Positions 37,583 through 49,765 of a DNA stretch of 64,000 nt are shown one piece after another; the stretch's first letter is position 1, and every line of letters starts with the position of its first letter. The notes under the pieces were generated by a model. It did not search any database, was not told where the DNA came from, and saw only the letters and a program-made list of their open reading frames with translations. The position numbers and the translations under genes are program-made. The stretch comes from Squalus acanthias (Eukaryota): the NCBI GenBank assembly GCA_030390025.1, contig CM059449.1, positions 14,880,001-14,944,000 on the forward strand, read 5' to 3'.

Positions 37583-38617
37583 TACACCAGCATCGGAGAA
37601 AGAAAGTGAGACAATAGGGACAATAGTGAGAAAGGATAAATAGAAATGCAGAATTAAAGTCACAAGAAACTAAAGCAAATATTTCACATTGTGCATTTGT
37701 TTTAAGTTTTCTAATCATATGATTAGTATCCTATAACTGGAGATCAGATTACAGTTGATCACAACATCAAGGACGGAGAGCATAAGGCAAAGAGCAGAGA
37801 GTTGCTAGGATCAAACAACGAAAAGACAACATTTGTTGCAGAAAGTTGCAGGAAATTCATGAAATGTTGTAGAAAAGAGCAACAAATATCACTTTTGATA
37901 AATAAAACCAAGCGATATAATTGACAGCAAATCATTGTCTAAACATACTCTTTTAATCATTGAGGTAGATTTTGGTGTTAAACACCGACTGGCGGAACCC
38001 AGAACGGGAAATCTGGCAGAGAGATTCACAAGACACTTACAGACCCCCCCCCCCACCCCCCCAGACTTTTCTTCCATTAATTTAAAAGGAAGGAAAATCA
38101 GACGGGTTCTGTTACCGTCGTGGGACCACCCTCGCCGGATTTTAACTTTCTGCACTCCTCCCCAGCAATGCTTAATTATTTTCTTGTATGTTCGCGGGGG
38201 CTCGGCGACAATGACAAAGCCGAATTGATTGTCCATCGCTAGCTGCCAATGTTGTAGCTTCCACGACAGTGGTAGAATAGTGTGGCGTGCGGGAGGGTGG
38301 TTGTAAGGGAGAAAGGATTGTACATGTGATTGCTGAGGAGACTGCTTGAATATACCAGAGTCCATGGAGCGATTTTAACTTAACCAGCCAGTCGGGAAAC
38401 TGGTGCAACTCTGGGTTTACACCCCACCCGATTTTTAACTCTTCATTGAAGTCAGAGTTCCACTCGATCCTGGAGGTTTCCCTCCAGGTGAGTTAGCTTA
38501 AATCCAATAGCCCAATATATGTGGGTGAGACAGAAATTGATTGTAGGTATGAGAGAGGGGGGGGGGGCGGGGGGTGGGGGAGAGAGAGAAACCGTGCTTT
38601 TGAAAGCGGGACAGACA

Positions 38618-38993
38618 TAAAGAAGGCTAAGAGGAGATTTGATAGAGGTGTTTAAAATCAGGAAGGGATTAGGTAGAGTAAATAAAGAGAAACTGTTTCC
38701 ACTGGCTGAAGGGTCGATAACCAGAAGCCACAGATTTAAGGTGATTGGCAAAAGAACCAGCGGCGACATGAGGAAAAACTTTTCTCTGCAACGAGTGGTT
38801 AGGATTTGGAATGCACTGCCTGATAGGGTGGTGGAGGCAGATTCAATATTAACTTTCAAAAGGGAATTGGATACATTCTTGAAGGAGAAAATATTGCAGG
38901 GCAGTGGGACTAACTGGATTGCTCTTCGCAAGAGCTGGCGCAGACTCCATGGGCCGAATGGCCTCCTTCTGTGCTGTATTATTCTATGATTCT
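38618..38993 (+). mobile_element. CR1 LINE 3' fragment
   Basis: ORF 38639-38989. Confidence 0.85.
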
Positions 38994-39242
38994 CAGACGT
39001 GCGTATGGACGGCATTTGTAGGAGTTAAGAATTCTTTTGGTCCCATTCTTTATTTCGCTAGAGCAGAGGAAATCTCTCCAGACACATTGGCGAGGTCGCT
39101 ACACATAGCAGTTGGTGCAATTCTTAACTAATTGGGTGTGCATGTCGAAGAGACAGTTGAGAGCTTAGGTCGGAAACACAAATACTGAGTGCGTTTTCGA
39201 GGAGGAAGGGAGAAGAAAATGATTTTCCTCTTTTCTCTGCAG

Positions 39243-39380
39243 GTCGGATTGATGGAATTAAAACATCCGCTAATAACCAAGATCAACTCCGAGCAATTCT
39301 GTTTGGTGGTGCAGCAGGAATGGCAATTATGCTGATTATTTTTGCAATTGTGCGCACTCTGCGTTCTTGTGAAAATAGAG
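39243..39380 (+). CDS. NCR3-like: Gene B stalk + transmembrane exon
   Basis: ttttctctgcAG acceptor, agag|GTAATT donor, phase 1-1; RIDGIKTSANNQDQ-LRAILFGGAAGMAIMLIIFAIV-RTLRSCENR (missed by the ORF track). Confidence 0.82.
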
Positions 39381-39548
39381 GTAATTATAAATTGCATAGA
39401 AATGTATTGTACTTGGCTCTGTTGGCAGCTATGATTGTAGCATTCTTGCAGAACCAATGTTAGCAACAAACAGTTCAAATTCACATAATTAAATTGGGGA
39501 AACATTCTATTAAATCTGCTAAGTTTCCTACTTTTGTTTTCTTTGCAG

Positions 39549-39688
39549 CAGTCATTGAACAGCCCCAAAGGTTGGTAACACTCAAAATTACTGCTTTATA
39601 TTTATGGAACGTAGTTCGGAAACAACTTGCAAATTCTTTCTTCTTTTGGTGTCTTACAGTTTGATCGACCAATCCGTTAAGGTAAAAG
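39549..39688 (+). CDS. Gene B putative cytoplasmic micro-exons 39549-39570 (AVIEQPQ) and 39660-39688 (SLIDQSVKVK)
   Basis: Both have pyrimidine tract + cAG; donors aag|GTTGGT and aag|GTAAGT; phases 1-2 and 2-1 keep the frame open. Confidence 0.5.
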
Positions 39689-39796
39689 GTAAGTATGGAT
39701 GTATGTATGGATAATCGGATTTAGCTTGCGCTGTCGGCTAAAGTTTAAAGTAATGCAACCTCTTGTAATTTTGAAATAAGTATTTGGTAATACTTT

Positions 39797-40008
39797 AATA
39801 AAAACAGAAAATGCTGGAAATACTCAGCAGGTCAGGCAGCATCTGTAGAGAGAGAAACAGAGTTAAGGTTTCAGGTCTGACGAAGGGTCATCGACCTGAA
39901 ACGTTAACTCTGTTTCTCTCTCTGCAGATGCTGCCTGAACTGCTGAGTATTTCCAGCATTTTCTGTTTTTATTTCAGATTTCCAGCATCCGCAGTATTTT
40001 ACTTTTGT
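39797..40008 (+). mobile_element. Miniature PLE-derived hairpin element with hammerhead core, tail and 14-bp TSD
   Basis: Inverted arms 39797-39877 / 39893-39973; CTGACGA-a-gggtc(atc)gacct-GAAA-cg-tt; TSD TTTGGTAATACTTT at 39783-39796 and 40009-40022. Confidence 0.8.
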
Positions 40009-40529
40009 TTTGGTAATACTTTGCTCTTTACTTGTTCACCTTTGGTTTGTAGACACAATCCCTTTTAATTTTTATCACATTTCTCTTGCTGGGGGCATGG
40101 TTCCTCCTAGGAAACCCCAATCGATCCTGTTGTCACCCAGCGTGCACACCTTTGGCTGTTTGTCAGGAATTAAAGGGTAACAGCAAGGGTCAGTAAACCT
40201 GGCTCTCTAGCTCACAGACCACAATTGTAGCACTATTAAGGGCCATAAATACAAGATAGTTACTAATAAATCCAATAGGGATATAAGGAGAAATTTCTTT
40301 ACTCAGTGTGTATAGAATGTCGAACTCGCTACTAGAGAAAGTGGTTGAGGGAAATAGCTTAGATGCCTTTAAAAGGAAACTAGACGAGTACATGAGAGAA
40401 AAGGTAATAGAAAGATAATGCTGAAAGGCTGAGATGAGGTAGATGGAGTGGGAGGTGACTCGTGTGGAGTATAAACACCAGCACAGACTAGTTGGGCCGA
40501 ATGGCCTGTTTCTGTGCTTTATAGTCTAT

Positions 40530-41133
40530 GGGGGAAAATTTCAGTCACGCCACCTTTAGGGCGCTAACTTCGCTGGGGCACTTCTTTTAGCGCCCCTGCA
40601 CCGTAAATTCAGTAGTAGCACCCCAAGCAGGAGGCGGGGCACTACTGGAAGCGCTCCCCCTCCTTCCTGGGGTGCTACAAGTGAATATCATGGCACTACG
40701 TGCAACAGCGCTACGCGCATCGGCACGTATCACCACGGTATTACAGGCCTCCCTCACCTGATTAAAGGGGGGGGGGCCCACACGGGCCATGCTGGATCAC
40801 CTGGGAGCGGGGTGCCGGTAAAGCAGCCCGACACTCAAACTAGAAAGGGGGAAGGGGGCAGGCGCTGGCACGTGGCCCAAATAAAATGGCCGCCTGATAC
40901 CTGCCCTTTAACTTACGCCACCGCGGCTGCAAAAACGCCACCCTGACCCTGTCGGACATATCGTCCGGTGATAGGTCAGGGGCGCAACTGAAGTTTGCGA
41001 CCGGTGCGTCACGGGGTGCTACTGGCTACCACTGCCGCTAACCTCCCACTGAATTTCGCGGGAGGCGTTAGCGGTGCCACGCCCGAGCCCCTGAGGGACA
41101 CTAACGGGGCGCAAAGCAACCCAATTTTCCCCC
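40530..41133. mobile_element. GC-rich MITE (PIF/Harbinger-like), inserted in a CR1 3' tail; same family as 43222-43993, opposite orientation
   Basis: TIR ggggaaaatt / aattttcccc; its start matches the reverse complement of the 43993 end. Confidence 0.75.
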
Positions 41134-41353
41134 TGTATTCTATGTAATTCTATGCATCACAAGCCAGGAACTGAACCTGAGACTTACATGGGTAATTTCC
41201 TTTCTGGCCAAGCCCAGGTATGCATGGGCACTAATCCCAGCGAAGAATATCATTTTCAATATCTGCCCCATCTCACGTGCATATTAAAATAGAAGGCACA
41301 TTGCTCAACCAAAATACAGACAGTGGAGCCGACTTTCCTGGTTTCAATGGCTC

Positions 41354-41510
41354 GCTTCCAGGAGACCTGGACTACCTTGGTTGGGGCTTCACGTAATGAG
41401 GTGGAGCGGAGATGCAATGAAGCTTATGTCCTGCAATGTAACACGGGGAAGATATGAAGGGTCATAGTGGCCTGCTGTGTGCTGCACAACCTAACCATTG
41501 ACAGGGGCAT
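41354..41510 (+). pseudogene. Degenerate PIF/Harbinger (HARBI1-like) transposase C-terminal remnant
   Basis: EVERRCNEAY and VLQCNTGKI*RVIVACCVLHNLTIDRG resemble the Harbinger 'ERRYNEAH' and 'IVACCVLHN' motifs. Confidence 0.6.
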
Positions 41511-43221
41511 CCACGGAGTAGCAAGAATTGGAGCTGCCATTTGAGAAGCATGAGGATTTGGAAGATGAGGGAGACATGCCTGCAGCAGATCATAGGGCTG
41601 TTGGGCTGTTACTTGCTGAAGCATCTGGAGAAATGTCATCTTGGAACCCTTCTCATGTCATTCAGACCAACCCCTTAATTCTATTCCTTCCTCGAGAAAA
41701 AATCCTCTCAAATAAAGACTTTCCTGCATGACTCTGCGTCTATCTACAGTCTCTTGCAATATTAATCAATCTATTACAAAAAAACTCAACTCCCAGTAGC
41801 ACCAGAAGGGATTTGTCCAAAGCATAATCTCAGCCTTTCAGCAATATCTCTCTATTCCCTTTTCTCTCATGTACTCGTCTAGTTTCCTTTTGAAGGCCTC
41901 TAAGCTATTTCGCAGTCAGTGCATTTATTGGACAGAAATCCACAACGATGCTTCCCCTTTCTAACAATGGCTATATTTTGTACATAGCCAGTTAGTCTGG
42001 TGCTCTGTCCAGCTCGTTATCCTGAGACAAGAGCATGGCAGAAGGATTGCAGCTTTGTGTCAGTTTCAGGGACTCGAGATGGTTGCTCATCTCTTCAAGT
42101 TGGCACATCGCATGGGCCAGCTTCAGACTGCAGCTCATCTACTGGTGTGGAAACCCAAGCCCTGGCTCATGTGGAAATTCAACCCTTATATGTGTACAGA
42201 TTGCCTGCGGGGCTGTTTGTAAACTGTATCTATTTTAAATAACTCCGGGTAGATTTATCAAGTGGCACAAAGATCCAATGAACCATGAAAACACCTTTTA
42301 AACCTCTTTTCATGTGGAACTGGAGTCAACCCCAAAGTCAAGCCCTCCGGGAGTCTCACGCTGATTCTCTGTGGAGTTCATTCTAACCCAACTCTTAATT
42401 TATACTGGATAGTGGCAACAGTTTGTCGGTATTGCTGAATGTGCAGTATAAATACATTCATTCTCTAATTACAAGTTTTCCATTTTGATTTTCAGTTTGT
42501 TAATTTGAATATGGCAGTAATTAACAAATTTTGAAACTTATTCGCATTACGGATATGTTAAAGGCAAATCGTGTTTAACTACCTTGATTCAGTTCTTTAA
42601 TGAGGTGACAGAGAAGGTTGATGAGGGTAATGTAGTTGACGTAGTGTACATGGATTTCCAAAAGGCGTGCAACAAAGTGCCACATAATAGGCTTGGTAGA
42701 AAAGTTGAAGCCCATGGAATAAAAGGATCAGTGGCAGCATGGATACGGAATTGGCTGAGTGATAGGAAACAGAGAGTAATGGTGAACGGTTGTTTTTCGG
42801 ACTGGAGGTATACAGTGGTGTTCCCCAGGGGTCGGTACTAGGACCACTGCTTTTCTTGATATATATTAATGACTTGGACTTGGGTGTACAGGGCACAATT
42901 TCAAAATTTGCAGATGACACAAAACTTGGAAGTATAGTGAAGTGTGAGGAGGAGAGTGATAGACTTCAGGAAGACATAGACAGGTTGGTGAAATGGCCAG
43001 ACACGTGGCAGATGAAATTTAACACAGAAAAGTGTGAAGTGATACATTTTGGTAGAAAGAACGAGGAGAAGACATATAAACTAAATGGTACAATCCTGAA
43101 GGCGGTGCATGAACAGAGAGACCTGGGGGTATGTGTGCACAAATCATTGACGGTGGCAGTGCAGGTTGAGAAAGCAGTTAATAAGGCTTACAGGATCCTG
43201 GGCTTCATAAATAGAGGTATA

Positions 43222-43993
43222 GGGGGAAAAATTCAGCTGCTTGCGCCTCCCGTTAGCGCCTTAAGAGGGCGCTAATGGGGCGCAAAGCAGCTAACGCCCG
43301 GGCGCAGCGCCGCCCACGCCTCCCGCAAAATTCAGCGGGAGGTTAGCGGCGGCGCCAGCCGGTAGCGCCCTGTGGCGCTGCGCCACCGGTGATGACATCA
43401 TCACCGTGCGCAGCACCCCGCTTGCGCTCCAGCCGCGATCTTCGGTCGCGCCCCCTGAGTAACCGCCAGACGCTATGTCCGACGGGTTCAGGGGGGCTTA
43501 CGTGCGGCCGGGGCGGCGATATTTAAAGGGGAGGTGGCAGGCGGCCATTTTTGTTGCTGGCCGCCTGCCAGCACCTGCCCCCGTTGCTGTCCCCGGCCCC
43601 CGTGAGGCCCCCCCACCGTGAAGTGCCGGCTGCGTTCCCAGAGCCCGGCACTTCTCTTGAGTGCCGGGCTCTTTTGCCGGCACTCCCGATCCCTGGGGGC
43701 CCAGCTGGGCCCGGTTCGCGCTGTGTAGGGCCTCTCCCCTTTAAGAAGGGGAGGAAGGCCTGCAATACCGCGGCGCGACGTGCCGCAGCGCCTGGCACTG
43801 CGGCACGTAGCGCCAGGATATTCCCTCGCAGCGCCCCAAGAGGGATGCAGGGTGCTTCCAGTAGCGCCCCGCTTCCCTCTTGGGGCGCAACCACTGAAGT
43901 TCCGGCGCGGGGGCGCTAATTTTTTCGGGGCGCTAAACGTAGCGCCCCGGCGAGGTTAGTGCCCCAAAGGGGGCGCGACTCAATTTTTCCCCC
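43222..43993. mobile_element. GC-rich MITE, PIF/Harbinger-type
   Basis: 12-bp TIR GGGGGAAAAATT / AATTTTTCCCCC with a 3-bp TSD ATA (43219-43221, 43994-43996). Confidence 0.85.
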
Positions 43994-44149
43994 ATAGAGT
44001 ACAAAAGTGTAGAAATTATGAAGAACCTGTATAAAACACTGGTTCGGCCCCAACTGGAGTACTGTGTCCAATTCTGGGCACCGCACTTTAGGAAGGATGT
44101 GATGGCATTAGAGAGGGTGCAGAAAAGATTTACGAGAATGATTCCAGGG

Positions 44150-44428
44150 ATGATGTGGAGATGCCAGTGTTGGACTGGGGTGGACAAATGTGAGAAGTCG
44201 CACAACACCAGGTTATAGTCCAACAGCTTTATTTGAAATCACAAGCTTTCGGAGCGCTGCTCCTTCATCAGGTGAAGTGAAGAGATGCATATAGGCACGG
44301 CATATATAGTCAGAGAACACAGCCTAATATGCATCTCTTCACTTCACCTGACGAAGGAGCAGCGCTCTGAAAGCTTGTGGTTTCAAATAAAGCTGTTGGA
44401 CTATAACCTGGTGTTGTGCGACTTCTCA
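44150..44428 (-). mobile_element. Miniature PLE hairpin insertion (same family as 3458-5767) with two hammerhead motifs
   Basis: Arms 44191-44296 / 44322-44428; tail atgatgtggagatgcc..ggac; direct repeat ATGATTCCAGGGATGA at 44138-44153 and 44428-44443. Confidence 0.85.
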
Positions 44429-45623
44429 TGATTCCAGGGATGAGGGACTTCAGTTACGTTGATAGACTGAAGGAGCTGGGGTTGTTCTCCTTGGAGCAGT
44501 GTAGATTGAGAGGAGATTTGATAGAGGTGTTCAAAATCATGAGGGGCCCAGACAGAGCAAATAGAGGGAACTGTTCAGATTGGCAGAAGGGCTGAGAAAC
44601 AGAGGACACATATTTAAGGTGATCAGCAAAAGAACCAAAGGCGACGTAAGAAAAAACTATATTATGCAGCGAGTGGTTAAGATCTGGAATGCACTGCCTG
44701 AATGGGTGGTGGAGGCAGACTCAATCATGGCTTTCAAAGGGAGTTGGATAAGTATCTGAAGGAAATAAATTTGCAAGGCTACAGGGAAAGGGCAGGCGAG
44801 TGGGACTAGCTGAAGTGCTCTTGCAGAGAGCCGGCACGGGCTTGACGGGCCGAATGACCTTCTTCCATGCTGTAACCACTCTATGATTCTATGATTCTAT
44901 ACTTCATGGGTCTATTAATCTTTTTCAACATCCTTGACTATAAAACCATCTAAGATTGAAAAAAGAAATAAATAATAGTATTCATTGAGCTACTGTCCTA
45001 TTATATTGCATCAGATCACATGGTCGTAAGTTTTATGATTATTGTTATGTTCTAGACATCAGCTGTGCAGTGCTTGCGTATCCCACCGGCGTAGTGAATT
45101 CGTGCGAGCTGTGGGATCACGTGACTCAGTTAGAGCCAATGGCAGCACACCATCTTCCATTCATAAGTTTCACAGAAGTGCTGTGAAAGCTATGAATCTT
45201 ACACCCCCCCAAAATAACAGCTAAACCTCAATTAAATAAAAAAAAACCATCACATTAATAAAATAAGTATAGTTAAATAAATTAACCATTTTAAATAAAA
45301 AATTAAATTGTTGAAAAAATTTAAAATCTTTTAAAAAGTTATAAAAATAAACTTACCTGTCTTTAAAGTCTCTAAAAAAGATAAAGCTGTTAAAAAAAAT
45401 TCAAAATAATACTTAATTCACTACTTACCTTGTTAAAAGTGGGTCTTACTCCTCCTTTTTTCATTTCTAAAATCTTCCGTACTTACCTGCGCGTCCAAAG
45501 CACTAAGTGCACAGCGTGCGCGCAGCCTGTAGCGCGCACGCGGTGCACCGATTGTATTACATCGTACGGTTCTATGTTTTATAACATTGTTGTATCAAAC
45601 TGTGTGGTTTAATTTCACATAAG

Positions 45624-45670
45624 ACGTGGAGAAATGCAGAACAGCGTCTCAAACCAAAGCTCAGGATCAG
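45624..45670 (+). CDS. Gene B putative cytoplasmic micro-exon (DVEKCRTASQTKAQDQ)
   Basis: Phase 1 to 0, cag|GTATGT donor, weak AAG acceptor; architecture parallels gene A exon 16710-16750 (D...CR...Q). Confidence 0.4.
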
Positions 45671-46224
45671 GTATGTAGCATAATAGCCGAATTCAAGAGT
45701 TTATCTTGTAATATGCACACTGAAGTGTTTTCATTTCTCATCACTGATTTTCTTTTTACATTTACGCACTTTAAAAAAATCCATAACGGTCCAAAGAGCA
45801 GAATATCCTTATTTAATAAAAGTAGATACTGGGGTATGAATTTTGTGGCTGTTCTCCCAATCTGCCACCAAAACTTTGGCGGAAACCCAAGAGAAGGGTT
45901 GGAACATTGGGAGAACCCCGTGGCAATTCTCTTGCTTGGTGCTTTTGTTCACATGAGCCAGGGCTTGGGTTTTCCTCTTTCTCTGCTGGCTAGTCTGCAA
46001 CCGTTGCATTTCTTCGGAGTTGTGACGGCACCACCGCCATAACATTTCCGGAAGTGCGGCGTAAACCCTGGTGAAGTTACCCGGCGAAGCAGAGTAGCTC
46101 TGAGAAGCTAAGCACTGGCACCATAACACTTGAAGAACCGACTTTCAAGGCATCGAGGTCCCGTAATGGCTAACAACGTTCTTCCGACTTATGTATTTTT
46201 ATCAATGCATTATTAATGTCTAAC

Positions 46225-46935
46225 CACCGCCTCTTGACATTAAACGGCATTACCATCGCCGAATCCCCCACCATCAACATCCTGGGGGGTCACCATTGTC
46301 CAGAAACTTAACTGGACCAGCCACATAAATACTGTGGCAACAAGACCAGGTCAGAGGCTAGGTATTCTGAGGCGAGTGTCTCACCTCCTGACTCCCCAAA
46401 AGCTTTCCACCATCTACAAGGCACAAATAAGGAGTGTGATGACATACTCTCCACTTGCCTGGATGAGTTAAGCTGCAACAACACTCAAGAAGCTCGACAC
46501 CATCCAGGATAAAGCAGCCCGCTTGATTGGCATCCCGTCCACCACGTTAAATATTCACTCCCTCCACTACCGGCGTACTGTAGCTGCACTGAAGATGCAC
46601 TTCAGCAACTCGCCAAGGCTTCTTTGGCAGCACCTCCCAAACCCGCGACCTCTGCCACCTAGAAGGACAAGGGCAGCAGGCACATGGGAACAGCACCACC
46701 TCCAAGTTCCCCTCCAAGTCACGCACAACCCTGACTTGGAAGTATATCGCCGTTCCTTCATCGTCGCTGGGTCAAAATCCTGGAACTCCCTAACAGCACT
46801 GTGTGAGTACCTTCACCACACGACTGCAGAGGTTCAAGAAGGCGGCTCACAACCACCTTCTCGAGGGCAATTAGGGATAGGCAATAAATGCTGGCCTTGC
46901 CAGCGACGCCCACATCCCATGTTCGGATATTTTAA
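46225..46935 (+). mobile_element. 3' fragment of the second non-LTR family
   Basis: Homologous to 54890-55600. Confidence 0.85.
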
Positions 46936-48694
46936 AAAGAATGGTATTCTGCACTATTGGGCTTGATCTTTAATTGGATTTCTCAGTGTAAAATAGAATA
47001 TATTCCTACAACTTCTTTATGTAGTAGCAAACCTTTAGTATACTTCCTGTTTCGAATAATACGCACATTATTATCTGCTTTGCATCCTCTCCGTGTCGGA
47101 GGGTTCATCATTTAACGCTATATTTTGTCCAACGTACGATTAGGATGTCAATACACAAAGATCACACTCTTAATCACTGGTGCATCTAACCCACCCTTCC
47201 ACAAAAACCTACAATCGGCCCATCATAGTCCTTACCTTCCTCTTAGCCGACTTCAGATTTTTTGGCTCCACTACCCTACCAAAAAATACCCATTCCAGAT
47301 CTTCATCGCTGCTTGTTTGAAAAAAAATATTTCTGTCATCAACCCTGACCTTGCCTTTTACCAGTTTATGCCCACGTCCCGTTGCCCTCGTTTAACTTGA
47401 ATAGTGTTTTTCTAATCAATTCCTGTTCCTCTACAAAACGCCGTCTCGATTGACTCTTTTTAAGAATCAGGAATCCAAATTGTTCTACCCCGTTCTTATA
47501 ACTCGCCTCTGAAAATAGGATTCAGCCTATGGACGGCTGCACTGCTGTTGTGATGTTTTCACTACAACTTTACACCCATAACTGAATGCACTATTCAAAG
47601 CGCAACCTAACCAGAGCACGATTTAGTTTTAGCGTGACTCCCTCAGATGTAAACATTAACGGTTGAACAATATAGTCCAGTCTTCTGTTACCTTTGTTAA
47701 ATTCCCTTCTGGGATGACTAGAAATGGCCTCTGTTGAGTATAGGACCACTCGCAGGATTCTTTTTACATTTACCCCAAGCAAGTTCAAAGCCATTGATTG
47801 ACCTAGGCAAGTCTTCCATTTGCCTTCCAATGTGAAAGACGTGGCATTTATCTATATGGGATTACTCATTTGCAAATGCTCTTTGGATATGTCTATAATT
47901 CCTTGGCTGCCTTTTCAGACTAGAGGCTTCCCGCGACCCTTTAGTGTCAGCTGTAAATTTCGCCAACTTTTATTGCGTTGTTAACTTCAGGTCAATTTGA
48001 TAGATCAGGAGAAGTAGGGGTTCCCCCTCCCCAATCGCTGTCTGGGACACTCCACCTAATACAGCTCAAGCTGGCATTATTTCACTAAGCAGTACCTGCT
48101 GCTCAATCCTTTCCCACATCCCAGTTTTCTCCAGGATAACCAGTGCTTTAAGCCTGTGTACAGCTTTTCATGTGGACCTTGCAGGGAAGCTTTGTGGAAG
48201 AGTCGGCAGACTGGGCTTGAATTACTTTGGGTGTTCTACCCATCCTCTGCTGCAACTTTGGGGAAAGATCGGCGGAAAGCCCTGAGAAATGGCATACATG
48301 GCACTTATACTGGTTCCCCCGGACTTTCCTCGATTTCCCGTTGAAGTTATGGTGAACGACTGGGAGAAGAGGCATAGACATTGAACGCCACTGTGTAATC
48401 GGCCTTTGGAACATTTAGTTGCTAAGCCATTTCCTCCCAAGTTACACAATTGAATGCTTCAGACGCTAACTGGTTTCCTCTCTGGTTTATTTTAATTGAG
48501 ATATTAACACTTATATTTCTATTAATTATTTTTGCTATTTGAACAGAGGCGTTAACGCATCTATCATTTGTGAGTGTTTGGAAAGGGGAATCTAATGTTA
48601 AATGGGTTGGCACCCCAATCACAATAAGCTTGTATATATTTATGATCAGCTGTTTATTCTACTTAAATGTTTATGCACATCTTATTTTCGTTAG

Positions 48695-48736
48695 GAGCAC
48701 CTTATTAATCCATCCACGTCTGCACAAGTATACTCG
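48695..48736 (+). CDS. Gene B putative cytoplasmic micro-exon (EHLINPSTSAQVYS)
   Basis: cttattttcgttAG acceptor, tcg|GTAAGA donor, phase 0-0, open. Confidence 0.35.
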
Positions 48737-49007
48737 GTAAGAATATTTATTCCTCGTGGTTCTCAAACAGGATAAACAAGTATTGTCTAAGAGAGTTATC
48801 TCCGTACTGTGAGATGAAACAGAATCTAAAACTATCAATTAAATAGAGGGTTACCTTTCCCTCAATTCTCTACTCACCTCTCTTGGAGGTTATATGGCTG
48901 TGGGGTGGGGAGGGAGAGGTGGAGAGGGGGGCGGGGTAGAGAAGTATTGGACACGAGAGTCCAGCCATCCTGATGTGGGGTAGGCTTAATGGACCAACTT
49001 GTCTTTT

Positions 49008-49765
49008 CATAGAAACATAGGAATATAGGAAGAGGAGGAGGCCATTCAGCCCCTCAAGCCTGTTCCGCCATTCAATGAGATCATGGCTGATCTGTGACCT
49101 AACTCCATATACACGCCTTTGCCCAAATCACCCATAATATCTTTGGTTAACAAAAAATTATCAATCTCCGATTTAAAGTTAACAATTGATCTCGCATCAA
49201 TTGCCGTTTGTGGAAGAGAGTTCCAAACTTCTACCACCCTTTGTGTGTAGAAGTGTTTCCTAATTTCACTCCTGGCTCTAATTTTTAGACTATGCCCCCT
49301 AGTCCTAGACTCCCCAACCAGCGGAAATAGTTTCTCTCTATCTACCCTTTCAGTTCCCCTTAATATCCTGAAAACTTCGATCAGGTCACCCCTTAACCTT
49401 CTGAATTCTATGGAATACAACCCTAATTTGTGCAGTCTCTCCTAGTAATTTAACCCCTGGAGTCCGGGTATCATTCTGGTAAACCTACGCTGCACTCCCT
49501 CCAAGGCCAATATATCGCTCCTACGGTGTGGTGCCCAGAAATTCTCACAGTACTCCAGGTGTGGTCTAACCAGGTCTTTGTACAGCTGCAGCACAACTTC
49601 TACCCACCTTGTATTCTAGTCCTCTAGACATAAAGGCCAGCATTCCATTGGCCGTTTTGATTATTCTCTGTACCTGTTCATGAAATTTTAATGATCCACG
49701 TACCTGGACCCCCAAGTCTCTTTGGACCGCCACTGTTTTTAGCTTTTCACCATTTAGAAAGTGCC
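49008..49765 (-). mobile_element. CR1 LINE 3' fragment
   Basis: Minus ORF 49046-49420. Confidence 0.85.

Larger units (their letters stand above)
42545..44900 (+). mobile_element. CR1 LINE fragment (RT to 3' end) carrying two nested insertions
   Basis: ORFs 42584-42841, 42790-43275, 44018-44218; ctatgattctatgattctat tail. Confidence 0.9.

Noticed and set aside
43498-43919. GC-rich ORFs on both strands
   Set aside because: Lie inside a TIR-bounded MITE; open frames are expected from GC content
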